DNA of 64,000 bases from Perkinsela sp. CCAP 1560/9 (lineage: Eukaryota > Protista > Euglenozoa: Kinetoplastea): assembly GCA_965644495.1 (NCBI GenBank), contig CBFFSA010000009.1, forward strand, positions 620,001-684,000. The letters run 5' to 3'. Under the pieces are notes generated by a model. That model did no database searches. It was not told where the DNA came from and saw only the letters and a program-made list of their open reading frames with translations. Positions 12,920 through 25,112 of the stretch are shown piece after piece; position 1 is the stretch's first letter, and each line of letters begins with the position of its first letter. The translations under genes were made by a program, and so were the position numbers.

Positions 12920-13032
12920 GGTGAGAAACAACGTCGTCATGCGGTTTGCAATCATTGCGGAATTGTTTTTCATGTAAGATGTACTCAAACGTAAAGAGGT
13001 GTAAATTTGGGTGTGGGGGGGGGGTGTAAAAC

Positions 13033-13552
13033 ATGGCCAATTTTGGAAAATAATAGCGCATTCGAGAGCACTCGAACGGGGCTCATGAACGTGCACGCAC
13101 GGCATCTGCGTTAATTAGATTTCAAGTGCACGTAAAAAACTCATTTTTTTGGGAGACAAAATCTTGCATTTTTCACAGGTTTTCTGATTTCTCCCCTGAT
13201 TCATGCTACAAAGACGGGGTTGTGGGCGATCACCCGAACACAAAGACTACGAAAGGGCTTATTCTTCGCCTGGGCACGTAAAAGCAAGCTGGCGCATGGT
13301 TCTTGTTGCCGATTACGAAACAACACACTCTTTTTCGCTCTGAAAATTCATGTTCCATAGTGGGCGACTTCAAAAATGGTTGAGTCCCTCGGAATCGTGC
13401 GGATTTGATCATTGCGATCGAAGCAGCGTTTCAAGACCCCTGAAAATCTTTGTCTAGGGAGCAATACCCCCTTGTGCCTAGTTCGGTCATGTTACGTTCA
13501 TGATCCCTGTTCGAGAGCGCTCGAATGCGCTATCGTTTTCCAAAATTGGACA
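13033..13552. mobile_element. MITE-like element with ~60-bp imperfect inverted repeats
   Basis: atggccaattttggaaaataatagcgcattcgagagcactcgaac at the left and its reverse complement at the right. Related motifs occur near 390-430 and 7477-7520. Confidence 0.6.
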
Positions 13553-13768
13553 TCTACCGTAACATGTACGGTAGATGTTACGGTCATTTCATGCAGAGAA
13601 AAATATCCACGAAGGGTGTGGGATGCCGAGGAAAAAAATTGGAAAATTAAAGATGCGACATTTTCCGGAAAACACAGAAAAAACTGTTATAAAGTTTTGG
13701 ACTACTCTTACTGGAGTTCCCATTTTTTTCGGTGGCCCGTTGCTGGAAGTATACACGACGCCAAGATA

Positions 13769-15243
13769 CCCGTCGAGCAGAAAATTTGGTCCACTTTTAT
13801 TTGTCCCCAATAAATTTGGTCCACATAAATATTGGTCCGACTTTATTTTTCCTTCCGCGGCGGACCAAAATACTTTTTGATTTTATTGTCGGTCATTTTT
13901 AAAGTTCAGAACTAGTCATTAGAAAATTTTGCTTTTTTCAAGCGACACTTCTTTTTTTGTTTTCTTGGAATGTCTGTCTTTTGAATGGGTGCAGCAAATC
14001 CTTGATCAAGATGTTTACCCTGCGCACGTTGTTGACCTCGTTAACAATCATAACTCGAATCGGAATCACTATACCAAATATACTGAGGCTGAAGTTAAAG
14101 CAATTTATGAATTGTGTGTCACACGAAAGGTCGCAAGTGTTGTGAGCTTCTGGAACAGCACATAAAGCAAAACAATATCTAAAAGTACGCTCCTTCGTTT
14201 TCTGGAAAACGAAAAGTCCAATAACGATATCAAACCTCGAGGGAGGCCAGGAATTCTCACTGCAATCGAAGAAAAAGAACTTATTAAAAGTTTTGAATTG
14301 CAGAATAAGATGTGTAAAAGTGTTAGCGCTTCATTCGTTTCAGAAATGGCCAAAGGCCTCATTGCTCGAACACGAAAGAATCTTCTAAAAGAGAACGGTG
14401 GCCCCATTGCCGTAAGTGAATCTTGGGCCCGCACTTTTTTTCACGAACATAACTTCAGTGTCCATGCAGCTACCTCAGATAGGCGTGTTTCACCTGACCA
14501 AGTGTGCATTGCTGGACAACCGTGGTTTCGTGAGTTATCTCGGTACAGTATCATCAAACCGGAATTGCTTTTCAATATGGACGAGTTCTTTTGTACACTA
14601 GATAACAACAATCGTTCTTGGACATGGATCCGTCACAAAAAAGGAGTTCCCATTCAGATTGCAAAATCTCGTATTGGATGCACCGTTACAGTGTTAGCAT
14701 CTGCCGAAGGAAGAAGTAAGAGGGCTGAAACCACCTGGGTTTGCCGAGGTTGTGTGCTAATTTTCTATATTATACAGGGGTTTCAAGATATCTTCCCCCT
14801 TGCGGAAATTTGATTTGTTTATCTGTTTTTTCTCATATTCCATATATCCCCCTGGAGTCCCCTAGACCCCCCACCCGGATTCTCCAGCGAACTCCATAGC
14901 CGAAAAAACGACAAGTACCTTTGCCATTGGTTTCTCTTGGGACCTGACTGGGTTTGCCCGGGTTTGCATTTTACTGGTTTCAACCCTCTAAATCAACATT
15001 TAAAATATCAATGAAACAAAAATTCTTAATATTTTAAAGTACCAAATGACTACCATTGTGCGTGTATTAATATGATAAAGTACGATAATAGCATCAAATA
15101 ATTTAAATAGGAAAATATTTTTCTAGTTTCATTGCACGAAAAAATTGGTCCCAATAAATTTGGTCCACATAAATATTGGTCCGACTTTTTTTTCGAGCTC
15201 GAAGGACCAAATTAAAAAAATGTCAAATTTTTTGCTCGATCGG
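13769..15243 (+). mobile_element. pogo/Tigger-like DNA transposon (degenerate)
   Basis: TA|CCCGTCGAGCAGAAAATTT ... AAATTTTTTGCTCGATCGG|TA termini enclosing a pogo transposase remnant. Confidence 0.75.
13957..14813 (+). pseudogene. pogo-family transposase remnant
   Basis: RGRP motif, CENP-B-like ENGGPIAVSESWARTF and PELLFNMDE (first DDE aspartate). Interrupted and truncated. Confidence 0.75.
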
Positions 15244-15299
15244 TATATCAGACAACCTCCTAACACCAGACTACTCTATTCGACCATAATGTTGACGAA

Positions 15300-15735
15300 C
15301 TGTTTCTGGCAGATCCGGGGTATGTAGGATGCTATCACTGCCTTGTGCCCCACAAATTGTCATCGAAAAAATCTTTAACAGAAAATGAAGAGATGTTCAA
15401 TCGACGTCACTCCATGATTCGATCACGTATAGAAAGATTTTTTTCATTTATCGACAAAGTTCGTTTTTTTTCAAGGTACGGATCATAAGATGAAGTGGGT
15501 CAAGTCCGCCGTGCAAATAGTTTCGGCTGCATGCTATGGGTTGTTAGCTACAGATCCTCAGTATGATTTTGATCCGTCCGTGAATTTAAACCTAAAAAAT
15601 GTAAAGGAATCTGAATGTTTATGTAGCATTGTTGTCCCTGCTGTAAAACCATATCGCGAACATCTTACATCAGTGATTCACCATGTTCCATACGATCCCA
15701 AAAAGCCCCGAAAATCTACAAAGAAACTGGAGTGA
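15300..15735 (+). pseudogene. PIF/Harbinger (DDE_Tnp_4-like) transposase C-terminal fragment
   Basis: Manual translation from 15303: FLADPGYVGCYHCLVPHKLSSKKSLTENEEMFNRRHSMIRSRIERFF (ADxGY...FN...R..IE signature). Confidence 0.8.
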
Positions 15736-16995
15736 TGCTTTTTCGAATTAATGTTGGTTGTAGTTTGTGATGGTGTTGCAATTATTTGTTTTTCGCTAAT
15801 GGGGGGGTATGCTTTTTGGGTGTGCAAAGGCCTCTTTTACTGATGAGTGCGTTGATTTTCTGTCCAGCGCACCCTGCAACTATGCCATCCGCGCCCGCTC
15901 AACTACCCTCACCCCGCCGTGCCACCCCCTACCGGTCCTAACACCCCCTCCCCCCGTCCAACCACCCTCGCGAGCCGAATCAGTTCCCGTGAGATCTCGC
16001 GTGATCTCACGTGATCTCGTTTTGGACCTCACCCGCAGCCCCTCACATGTAGTATACAGGTCTAAACTTAATTACGCCCAAACTTAATTAAGCCCAAAGG
16101 CAGATTCTGGGCTTATTTAAGTTTGGGCGTAATGAACGTTATGTTCGAAAAAGTGTTTTTTAAATCCATTAAAAAAGAATTTTCCAATTTTTGTGGATAA
16201 TTTTACGATTCCGAAGGCAGTTCTTGATGAGGTTTCGTCAAGACGAAACACTATCTGAAAGTGAAGAAGAGATTGATGTCCAGACGCTACTTAATTTACT
16301 ATTGAAATGAGAAGATTTTTCAGAAATCCTATAGAATTTTTCTAAAATATTTTTTACCCACATATTTTCCGCGATCACCCCCCGGTGCCCTATCCATACC
16401 TATGTGTTCTATGAACACTTGTCTGTGTTCAGTGGTTCTATGGTTCAATGAACACTTTTATGAACCAATAGAACACTTTTTCGATTTTTTTTCGTGACGT
16501 ACAAACAATTTTTTTTGAAGCTTTGTTTCATTCATATGGCCCCAGATGGTACTACACGACCTAGATCCTCACGTACATGTAGGTACATTGCAGAATAGGT
16601 GGTGCGAATCTGTGCCATCGATATGATTCCAGCGTCAAGGGGGACCACGAAGGGGCCCCAACCCCCAGTTAGGCTGGTCCGAACACGTGTTAGGCGTTTA
16701 ATCAATTCGGCACACGAACGGTTTTAATGCATATAATGTATTCACAGTGCAAAAAGAATGTTTTGTGGAAATGACGACAACAAAGATGAGGAAAAAAATT
16801 CAAATTTTTACTTTGGGGAAAAAAGTCCCCTTTCACTTTTTGTGAAACCCAATGAAAAGTGACCCACACTTTTTTTCTTCGTACAAGCGTCCGTTTGAGC
16901 TGATTTTTGTAGCATTTTGCAGATCTCAACACAAAAGACTTTGAGCGTGAAGAAACGAAACAAAAAGAAGCGAATACGTATATTTTAGAGAAGAA

Positions 16996-17380
16996 CTAAC
17001 ATTTTGTCACTTTTTCACTTGCGATCACAACCTGTCCATGATCCAAATACAACACCGCTCCCCACCCGTGCGACGAAACATCTGTAAAAAGTGTACGGGA
17101 GTGCGGGACCGTATCGGGGCGTGGGGGAGGGTAAATGGGCGTGTTGTGGATCATACTTTGGGTCCACTCCTGAAGATCCATCCGAGCGGCATACGGCAGA
17201 GGGCTCACTTCGTACAAACATTTTGGATCACGGTTTAAAGCGTTAATGCGCCTTCTTACTAACTTCAAAGTAAAATGATGCTCCGGAATCGATTTCCCCA
17301 AAACCAAAGTTTGGAAATGGGCCAGCGCGAGACATTCCTGCATCCAAGCGCGAAGCTGAGGTACGAAGTGTGCTTCGAGG
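16996..17380 (-). pseudogene. VIPER/TATE-like RT-RNase H fragment
   Basis: PPRPDTVPHSRTLFTDVSSHGWGAVLYLDHGQV, closely similar to the RNase H at 33500-33600. Confidence 0.8.
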
Positions 17381-17701
17381 TAAGGTTGCGAGAACTGGCG
17401 GTAATAGAAAACCGTCTAAGTAAGGAAAGAACTGATGGAATTGTATCTTTGCAAACTTGGAATACCTTGAGGAATATTTGTAGGTTATGGGAAAAATATT
17501 GTTTGTTTATACCGTATCAGACACATATAAACTCTGAACTTGGAAGTCATAGATGAAAGCTTTCAAGGTGAAAGTGTTAAGCTTTTCAACCGACTTTAAG
17601 TCGGTCTTATTGCGGTGGTTGTATAACTACCACTCTACCCTCGATTATTGAAAAAAGGTGAACAAAAACAGTGAAAATATAAAGAGAAACACAGTAATAT
17701 A

Positions 17702-18498
17702 AACCCCTCCGCATCAAAAAGGCACCCACCCTTATTTTTTGCACGAGGGGGGCTATCGACTCCCCAGGGTTGGTCTTACAGAAAGTGGAAAGGTGTTATT
17801 GCGCATGAGGCTTGGCCAAGGGGTTGCGATAAGGCAAGTAGCCCGCGAGTTTAATGTCAATGTGAAACATATTCGAAAATATTTGAAAAACAATTCGCCT
17901 GAAAATATTTATACTCTGAGCCCTGAAGTAAAAAACAGAATCAAATGACACCTTGTTGTTCTCCCACCCATCTCAATTACATGTGTTTCGTACGTTAAAA
18001 CATTAAAAAAAGTACCGTTCCCCTCAAACTGTATTTTTCAGCAAGATGGGGCAACGCCTTAGACTGCCAAGGAAACAAAAGCGTACCTTGAGGACGGCAG
18101 CATGAAATTATTGAAAAATTGTCCGCTCAACTCCCACGATCTCTCACCAATAGAAAACGTGTGGAGCATGGTACAAAATCTTGTAGATGAATACAATCCT
18201 GCAACTAGAGAAGATCTCATAAAAAGCGTACGTAAAGCTTGGCGTAAATTGCCTCAAGAATATATTGATGATTCGGTTTAGAGCTTCGATGCTCGCCTCG
18301 AAGCTTGTGTGGCGAGTAGCGGAGAAAAAGTGACAAAATGGTAATCTCTACCTAAAATATACGTATTCGTTTCTTTTTGTCTCATTTCTTCGCGCGCAAA
18401 GTCTTTGTGTTGGGATCTGCAAAATGCAACAAAAATCAGTCCAAACGGACAATTGGCTGAAAAGTTAAGGGTGGGTGCCTTATTGGTGCGGAGGGGTT
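17702..18498 (+). mobile_element. Tc1/mariner element (internally deleted, DD35E remnant)
   Basis: TA|AACCCCTCCGCA..AAGGCACCCACCCTTA TIRs. An HTH (GVAIRQVAREFNV) and FQQDGATP*...SHDLSPIENVW are present. Confidence 0.85.
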
Positions 18499-18844
18499 TA
18501 ATAGAAGAAAAAAAACGTTTCATATAAAAGAGAGCTCCGGTGGTCCAAAACAGAAAAAAAATATTAAAAAAAATGGGGGGTCCAGGGGGAAGGGCATACT
18601 TTTGATAAAAAAAGGTAAAAATATATTTTTCCAAAATCGACTCCTAAAACGTATTTTAAGAGTTTTGGACCTCAGCTACCATTCTACGGCGTTGTTTTCG
18701 TTAGATTCGCCTCCTACCCCTACTGGTAAGGCATCAAAAACGGCCAAAATCCGGGTTGAAATTTCGAAATTTTCGCTTAAAGTTCGGGCTTTTTTACCTA
18801 AAAAAGTAGATTATTCATGATCTTTTGGCAATTTTTCTATTTTA

Positions 18845-18939
18845 GGCTCTTCGTTAACCGCGGTGGTAGTTTTCAACGCGAAGTGCGCAGCATGAGTGAC
18901 TTCTAAGTTGAAAACAACCACCGCGTTTAACGAAGAGCC
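18845..18939. mobile_element. 95-bp Tourist-like foldback MITE
   Basis: TTA|GGCTCTTCGTTAACCGCGGTGGTAGTTTTCAAC ... GTTGAAAACAACCACCGCGTTTAACGAAGAGCC|TAA. Confidence 0.7.
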
Positions 18940-19817
18940 TAAAAAAGAAATTGGATATTGGATTTAGTTTTGTATTTGGATTGGTTCTCCATGTAATCGA
19001 TTGGAGTGGTTCCCCATTTTTCTTCGACGGGCACGAAAGGTTCCTGTGGGACCTAGTCCTCTCATTAGAAATTGTTCAGGGTAATAGATCTGCTCGACTA
19101 AATGCGGGAAACAATAGTTTTTTACAACAACAACAACAATAAAAATATTTTGAAATAAGAAATGCATTACGTTCGGCGAGTACAAAAAAAGCTGCCACGC
19201 GTACTAAGAGAGAACCTCATACCGCGGTATTCTTATACTACATAGCTAGGGCATGTGTAATCACTTGGATATGCGCAAAAACAAAAAAGGTTTATGAAAA
19301 ATATTCAACATGTTCGTGGGATGTATACCTCCCCAAAAAGTGTTCAATGCGTTCTATGTGTTCAATGAACAAAAAAAAGTGTTCATAGAACACATAGGTA
19401 TGCCTATCCCTGGAGGGGAGAGGGCATCGGACGAGGATCGCTCGCATCTTGGCCAACCTATTTGGGCTTAATTAAGTTTGGACATAATTAAGTACGGGCG
19501 TAATTATGTTCAGCACGGTACATGTAGTATATCCAATATTCATGTAGTATATTGGTCCGACTTGTTTTCGAGCTCGAAGGACCAAATCAAAAGAAGTCAA
19601 AGTTTCTGCTCGACCTAAGTTGAAGGCTAGAAGCGGAAAGCGTAGATTTTTGCGCAAAAGTCTAAAAAACCGAAGAAAAAGATCTTTTAAAAGCGGGTTT
19701 TGCTATAACTTAACCCGTTAACACTGTGTGACGATCACTGACGTTTTGATTTCCAGTTCATGGCCACATAGAGGATTACAAACCATTTTTCATTTGGCCA
19801 TCTTTCCTTTCCTTTGG

Positions 19818-21575
19818 TCACTCAACTATTACAACACCAGTTTGTTCAAGGCTAATTCGTGTACTTTTTCCTTTTTTCACGGTCCCGTGCAGCCCAGGAT
19901 TATTTCTTAGAGAGACAACCGACAAGTAAGTAGAGCGCAGCACCAGCTGGACTTCCCCCTCTAAGCAGTTGTCGTTTACCTTAAGCTCGGAAAGACGACC
20001 GGGTACAGATGGAAAATCGGGCACACCCGTAAAACAATTATGACTCAGATTTAGAATTTCAAGTTCTTTCGGAATACCTTTTAACTGAAGGTGCCCTGAA
20101 AACTTATTGTGGCTGGCATCGAATTCAATGCAATTCCTAGGTAACGCGCTGAGGTCAAGATTCCCTTCAAAATTATTGTGTTTTATGCGCAAATAATTCA
20201 TCATTGACACTGTGATATCTTCAAAATTGAACGGACCAGAAAATTTATTTTTGCTAATATCTAGCGCATTCAAGTCCGGTATCATGCCCAATGAGCCAGA
20301 TAACTTATTGTCACTCAAATAGAGATGTGTGAGTGAACCAGGTACATAACGCATATCGAGAACTCCCGTAAAATTGTTACAGGCAAGATTGATCTCTCCA
20401 ATATCAGTTGGTAAATGTGTCAAAACTAACCCTCCAGTAAACATGTTTCCGCTGACATCCAAGTGGTATAGTCTAGCCGGCAAGTTAACTAGGCTCAAAC
20501 TCCCCGTAAATGTGTTATTCGTTGCCTTAAAATATTCAACGTCGTCGGGAAGTTGATCGAGTTCGACCGTACCATTAAAACGATTATCTGAAAAATTAGC
20601 TTCCTGAAGTCCTTGTTCATCAAGCAACTCCAGATCCAAAGTTCCTACGAGGGCGTTCTCCTGAACTAAAAGGCGTGTAAGACTGTTCGGCAAATTATTG
20701 AGGAGTAATTTCCCCGAAAAAAGATTGCAGGAGGCATCGAATGTCTCTATTTGAACCGGGAGAAAGCGAAGGTCCAAGTCCAGCTCGGAGTAATCTTTGC
20801 TTGAATACGTCATACGCGGATGAGAAACTGTACAGCCCGTGAACGCGTTAGAACTTAAATATAAATGCCTTAGATATTTGGGTAACTCGCTCAAATTTAT
20901 TTTTCTTGAAAAACAATTTTCACTTAAATTCAAGGAGCGCAGATCTGTCGGGAGGCTACCCAAGTCTAATCCGCCTTCGAATTGGTTACTTTCCAGACTG
21001 ATCTCCTTCATCGTCACAGGAAAGTCAGAAACGTTTATAGTACCCGTAAATTCGTTAAAACTAATATCCAGATACTTTAGACCCGGAGGCAAATTATTCA
21101 GAATATCAGATCCCGAAAAGCAGTTTGCTGTTACAGATGTTCGCAAAACGGTTCTGGGAAGGTGCTGTAAGTGCAATAGGCCGCTAAGTTCTCCGTTGAG
21201 GCTTGAGTCAAATGAATCTAAGTCCAAATTTATTTCTGTCACTTCCTCTTGTTCATTGCAAGTCACCCCTTCCCACTTACATGCAGGTATGGCTACCGTC
21301 CAGGATGAGTGACGTGGCGATATATCCGCAACAAGTCTTTCTAGGTCATACTCTTGCGGCAGAATGGCACCACGGATCTTCCCGGTACGGCTGGGCTCAC
21401 GGCTGCTCGGCATGTCTCTGTGTTGTTTCCGACGCTTTGCAGGAGGTGGCTGATCATCCCGACCCTGCAACATGAAAAACATCTTCATAAGAAATCGGTA
21501 CGTAGAAAATACGGCTTGAATAACCTTAAAAGATATTCTTCTCAATAATTCGAACACTATTTTCTGGAAGTGCAA
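19818..21575 (-). CDS. Leucine-rich repeat protein (true start may be a downstream Met)
   Basis: LRR N-cap ACKWEGVTC followed by many LPxxLxxLxLSxNxFxGxLxL repeats. Confidence 0.9.
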   Translation of the reverse strand: MHFQKIVFELLRRISFKVIQAVFSTYRFLMKMFFMLQGRDDQPPPAKRRKQHRDMPSSREPSRTGKIRGAILPQEYDLERLVADISPRHSSWTVAIPACKWEGVTCNEQEEVTEINLDLDSFDSSLNGELSGLLHLQHLPRTVLRTSVTANCFSGSDILNNLPPGLKYLDISFNEFTGTINVSDFPVTMKEISLESNQFEGGLDLGSLPTDLRSLNLSENCFSRKINLSELPKYLRHLYLSSNAFTGCTVSHPRMTYSSKDYSELDLDLRFLPVQIETFDASCNLFSGKLLLNNLPNSLTRLLVQENALVGTLDLELLDEQGLQEANFSDNRFNGTVELDQLPDDVEYFKATNNTFTGSLSLVNLPARLYHLDVSGNMFTGGLVLTHLPTDIGEINLACNNFTGVLDMRYVPGSLTHLYLSDNKLSGSLGMIPDLNALDISKNKFSGPFNFEDITVSMMNYLRIKHNNFEGNLDLSALPRNCIEFDASHNKFSGHLQLKGIPKELEILNLSHNCFTGVPDFPSVPGRLSELKVNDNCLEGEVQLVLRSTYLSVVSLRNNPGLHGTVKKGKSTRISLEQTGVVIVE

Positions 21576-21593
21576 TCAATACAATGTATACAT

Positions 21594-21657
21594 GAGGTTT
21601 GCGGATCCCCAAAACGAGATCACGTGAGATCACGCGAAATCATACCCGCACCCTCTC
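21594..21657. mobile_element. 64-bp minimal derivative of the Harbinger-like element at 12274-16044
   Basis: Made of the two ends of that element joined through the GAGATCACG repeats; flanks are ACAT and ACTT. Confidence 0.65.
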
Positions 21658-21832
21658 ACTTGAATGGAAAATACGTTTCTAAATCTCTCCGAAATCACGA
21701 GGTAGATTTCGACGTTGCGATGTGGTGTGGTCGTACAACTAGCATAGTAATTTAATTTTACCGGTACGAAGAACATCAAGTACTCTATGGTGTAAGTATT
21801 AAAAGTATTTTTTTCTAATTTTTAGATGATAT

Positions 21833-22603
21833 TTAGAATGTACTTTCGCTGTCGAACTCAATCTCAAGCCCATCATTATCACTGTAGACCAGTGTCAACC
21901 GTGGATGGTTCAACTTCGCAGTGCCGGAAAATTTATTGCCGTCCAAATGGAGGTACCGCAATGTTACAGGTAACAATTCCAAATCTGGAGTACCACTGAA
22001 AGAGTTTTGGTCCAGTAGAAGATTTGTAAGGTACGGCGGGAGCTTGGTTAGGCAGATCTCGCCGCTGAATCTGTTGTCATTCAGTCGCAAAACATTGATC
22101 GTTTGGGGAAGTTGTGTCAAATCTGGGCGCCCCACCATGTGATTGTGTGCGAGATCGAGTTCCATTAGCATGGGTGGTAAATGCGCAAAGTTGGCTTCTC
22201 CTGAAAGCTGATTCCATGAGACGAAGAAACGAATAAGACTGGGAGGGGAATATTCAAGGTGAATACCTCCAGAAAGGTTGTAGATTTGCACCCAATTGAT
22301 AAAAAAAGCCTTGGTTTGTAGATCGTTGCAACTCACTCCCGCCCACTCACACACCGGGGTGTCTGTCGTCCAGGTAGAGTGCCGGTTTTCAATTTCACGG
22401 ACCACACGCGATAAGTCATATTCCTGGGGCAAAGCCATTCCACGTACCTTTGATGCGCGTTGGGAAGGGGGGTCGAACTCTGCCGTGCGAACAACGATGA
22501 CAGACGGATAATAACTGAGGAGGGTCATGAGAACTTCTCTTCGTATGGAGAAATCGTAGTTGATAAAACGTAAAACGAGAACAAAAAAAGGAGAAAATAT
22601 CAT
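21833..22603 (-). CDS. Leucine-rich repeat protein (shorter paralogue)
   Basis: LPQEYDL...VCEWAGVSC cap plus LPxxLxxLxLxxNxFSG repeats. Confidence 0.9.
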   Translation of the reverse strand: MIFSPFFVLVLRFINYDFSIRREVLMTLLSYYPSVIVVRTAEFDPPSQRASKVRGMALPQEYDLSRVVREIENRHSTWTTDTPVCEWAGVSCNDLQTKAFFINWVQIYNLSGGIHLEYSPPSLIRFFVSWNQLSGEANFAHLPPMLMELDLAHNHMVGRPDLTQLPQTINVLRLNDNRFSGEICLTKLPPYLTNLLLDQNSFSGTPDLELLPVTLRYLHLDGNKFSGTAKLNHPRLTLVYSDNDGLEIEFDSESTF

Positions 22604-22725
22604 TTGAACAACATTGCGCCAAAATAATGAACCTCTTTTACCTTCGATTAAAACCTTTACTCAAAGGGCTTGGTATTCAAGATCAAAAAAAATGTGTTGT
22701 AAAACACTAAGATCGTCACATAAAA

Positions 22726-24440
22726 CTAAGATGATTCCATAACGAGATCCAAAGCAGCCGCCACGCTCTCCATTTCACATATGTTCTTTGTATGATTTTG
22801 CAGTTCCTGTAACAATAGAAACATGACCCTCATAAGTTTTGTGCTCTGAACAAGCTCTTCACAGTAAATCTCGTTCACTACTTCCAGAACAGTAAGCAAG
22901 AGCGTGGATTGCGCACGCTGACGAACATTGCCTTTGGCATACTCCAGTAGCAACAAGAGCTCATCCTCATCCCACCCCGCCAGAGCAATGCGTAGCGCCC
23001 CGCGACGAAATAATTCCTCCAACATCACATACACCATGTCTTCATTCCCCTCAGCCGATTGCGCACGGTTCGTTCTCTGTCCGGACTTTTCCTTCCGCAG
23101 CACATTTTTCTCCTTCCTCCGCCGCAATACCTCCAACAAAGCCTGGCGATGGGAGAAACTACGCAACAAACGGTCATACGCCTTTTCCTTCACCCCCGAG
23201 GCGGCTTGTTTTCCCTCCCACGCCAGAGCATCCGTCCAATGCTTTGCTTTTTTCCGCATGCCCCCGGCTCCCTGAGCTTCCTCCCGCTCTTCGTCAGCCT
23301 CACAGGCGTTTCCCAATGGCCGACGGAGTAACGTGCCATTCTGCATCCCGAGTGCCATCTCCACACCCCCAGGGGCAATCGCCACCGCGCACAGTGGGGA
23401 CTCAAACCGGGGAGGGGCAAACACCAACGCGAGGTCGTTGTCCGTGTCCAACACACACAGCCGGTGGTCCAGCCCGACCGTAAGCAGCCGTGGCAGCACT
23501 GTACTGGTCCCTGGAACCTTCCCACAGAACACACGCATGTCTGTGATCGCTTTACTATGCGCAGCGATCTGAGAAACGCACCCGATCGGACAACCCGCTG
23601 AATTCGCCAACGGGACCACTGCTGAACTTCCTACCCGGGTGTCAAACTTTTGCACCACCCCACTAGAGGTCCCTACATAGAAGTACGTCGGGTCGATACC
23701 ATATTGTACGGTCTGTACCCCCTCCAACGCTAGCCCCCCCGCGTCTCGCCTCCGTTCCCCGCCCCCCCTTACGTCCCAGCTCGCCACCGCTGCACTTTTC
23801 CCCCACTCCCCCCCGCCCACGCGGCTATCCCACACCCTCACCCCCCCATCCGCGGCCCCCGTCACCAGCACCCCCCCCTCGACGGGGTGGTTATCCCCCC
23901 ACGTGATCCGCTCCCCGTGGGCCTCCGCCACCCTCCCCACCACCTCCCCCGTCGGCACGTCCCCCCACACCATAGCCCGGTCCTGGGCCCCCCACGACGC
24001 CACCGTGGTACGGCTCGCCATAAAGCACGCCCCCGCGACCACCCCTGTATGGACCCACCAGTTCCGCAGTACCCCACAGGAGGAACCCGAGCCCGTGCCC
24101 CCGCCCTCATACGGCACCGAGGCCGTGGACAGGGCACGGTTCGTGTCCCCGCGTACTCCTTCTACTCCCCCCCCTCCCCCTGCCCGTGCCACACTCACCT
24201 GCCCCCTCCCCCCGACGGTGTACACCACCAGCCCCCCATCGGGGTCGCGGTAGCGTAGACTGTGGTAGCGGGTGCTGGAGGAGGCACGGAAACCGGTAGG
24301 AGTACTCGTAGTGGTACTACTACCACTACCACCACTACCCCTACGACCACTACTCCCGTGCGTACCGGTACCCCCCATCGGGTAGGAGCAGATGTGGTAG
24401 TCATAGACGACGGTGAGTACGGGGGGTGTCGTCGTCGTAG

Positions 24441-24473
<33 letters not shown>

Positions 24474-24744
24474 CCGTAGTCGTAGAGAGATACGGGGAGT
24501 AGACAAGACAACGGGGTACTGTTGTGGTAGTAGTAGTAGTAGTAGTGGTTGTTGTTGTTGTTGTTGTGCCCCCCATAGAGGGACCGGTGAGGGGGTTGTC
24601 CCGGGGGCTCCAGAAGGAGGTACGCTCGTGGTGGTAGCGTGGGTCACCGGAGGGGGTGGGGGAGGTGGCTGGGGGTGGGGGACGGGGGGTGAGGGGGAGG
24701 GGGTGGGGGGGAAGGGAGGGGAGAGGGGTGGGGGGGAGGGTCAT
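22726..24744 (-). CDS. UTP15: U3 snoRNP protein UTP15-like (WD40 + UTP15 C-terminal domain)
   Basis: WD repeats (TGAADGGVRVWDSR, HSKAITDM, TVGLDHRL) and a C-terminal YDRLLRSFSH...VMLEELFRRGALRIALAG motif. Low-complexity T/S insertions. Confidence 0.8.
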
Positions 24745-25112
24745 GGGGAGGGAGGAGAGGAGAGGGGAGAAGAGAAGAGGGGAGGAGAGGGGAAAAAGTG
24801 GAGAGAGGGTGGGAAGGGGATAAAGGGAACGGGTATATTTTCTTGGGGAACTGGTGGAGTTTCTACAAGTGTAGGGTACAAGTGTTTTTTATAAGTGTAT
24901 GTACAAGCGTATTTTCTTTGCTATGTTCTCTTTAACAGGATTTTGTTTTTAAATACATGTAGAGGGGTAGGGAACAAGAAATCAGAGGGTAATTTGAAAT
25001 AGAGAGGGATAGGCTCCATAGGTGAGAAAGCAATGGGTGGGTTGTTAGCATTTACAAGAAAGGGGGTTGAACACAATCATCGAAGACTTTTCACGATCGC
25101 AGAGCTACATTC

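Larger units (their letters stand above)
12274..16044. mobile_element. PIF/Harbinger-like (PHIS) DNA transposon with nested insertions
   Basis: TIRs GAGGGGCAGCGGGT / ACCCGCAGCCCCTC, flanked on both sides by ACAT. Subterminal GATCTC(A/G)CGT repeats. A Harbinger-type transposase fragment lies near the right end. Confidence 0.65.
16395..19402. mobile_element. TIR element with CATA...TATG termini and 6-bp TSD (CCTATC)
   Basis: Perfect TIR CATACCTATGTGTTCTATGAACACT at both ends, with CCTATC directly repeated outside and internal tgttc(t/a)atg repeats. Confidence 0.75.
16057..19518. mobile_element. Non-autonomous TA-flanked TIR element (outer shell of a nest)
   Basis: Imperfect TIRs with internal ccaaacttaattaagcccaaa repeats, inverted at 16070-16097 and 19461-19506. 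TA on both sides. Confidence 0.55.
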
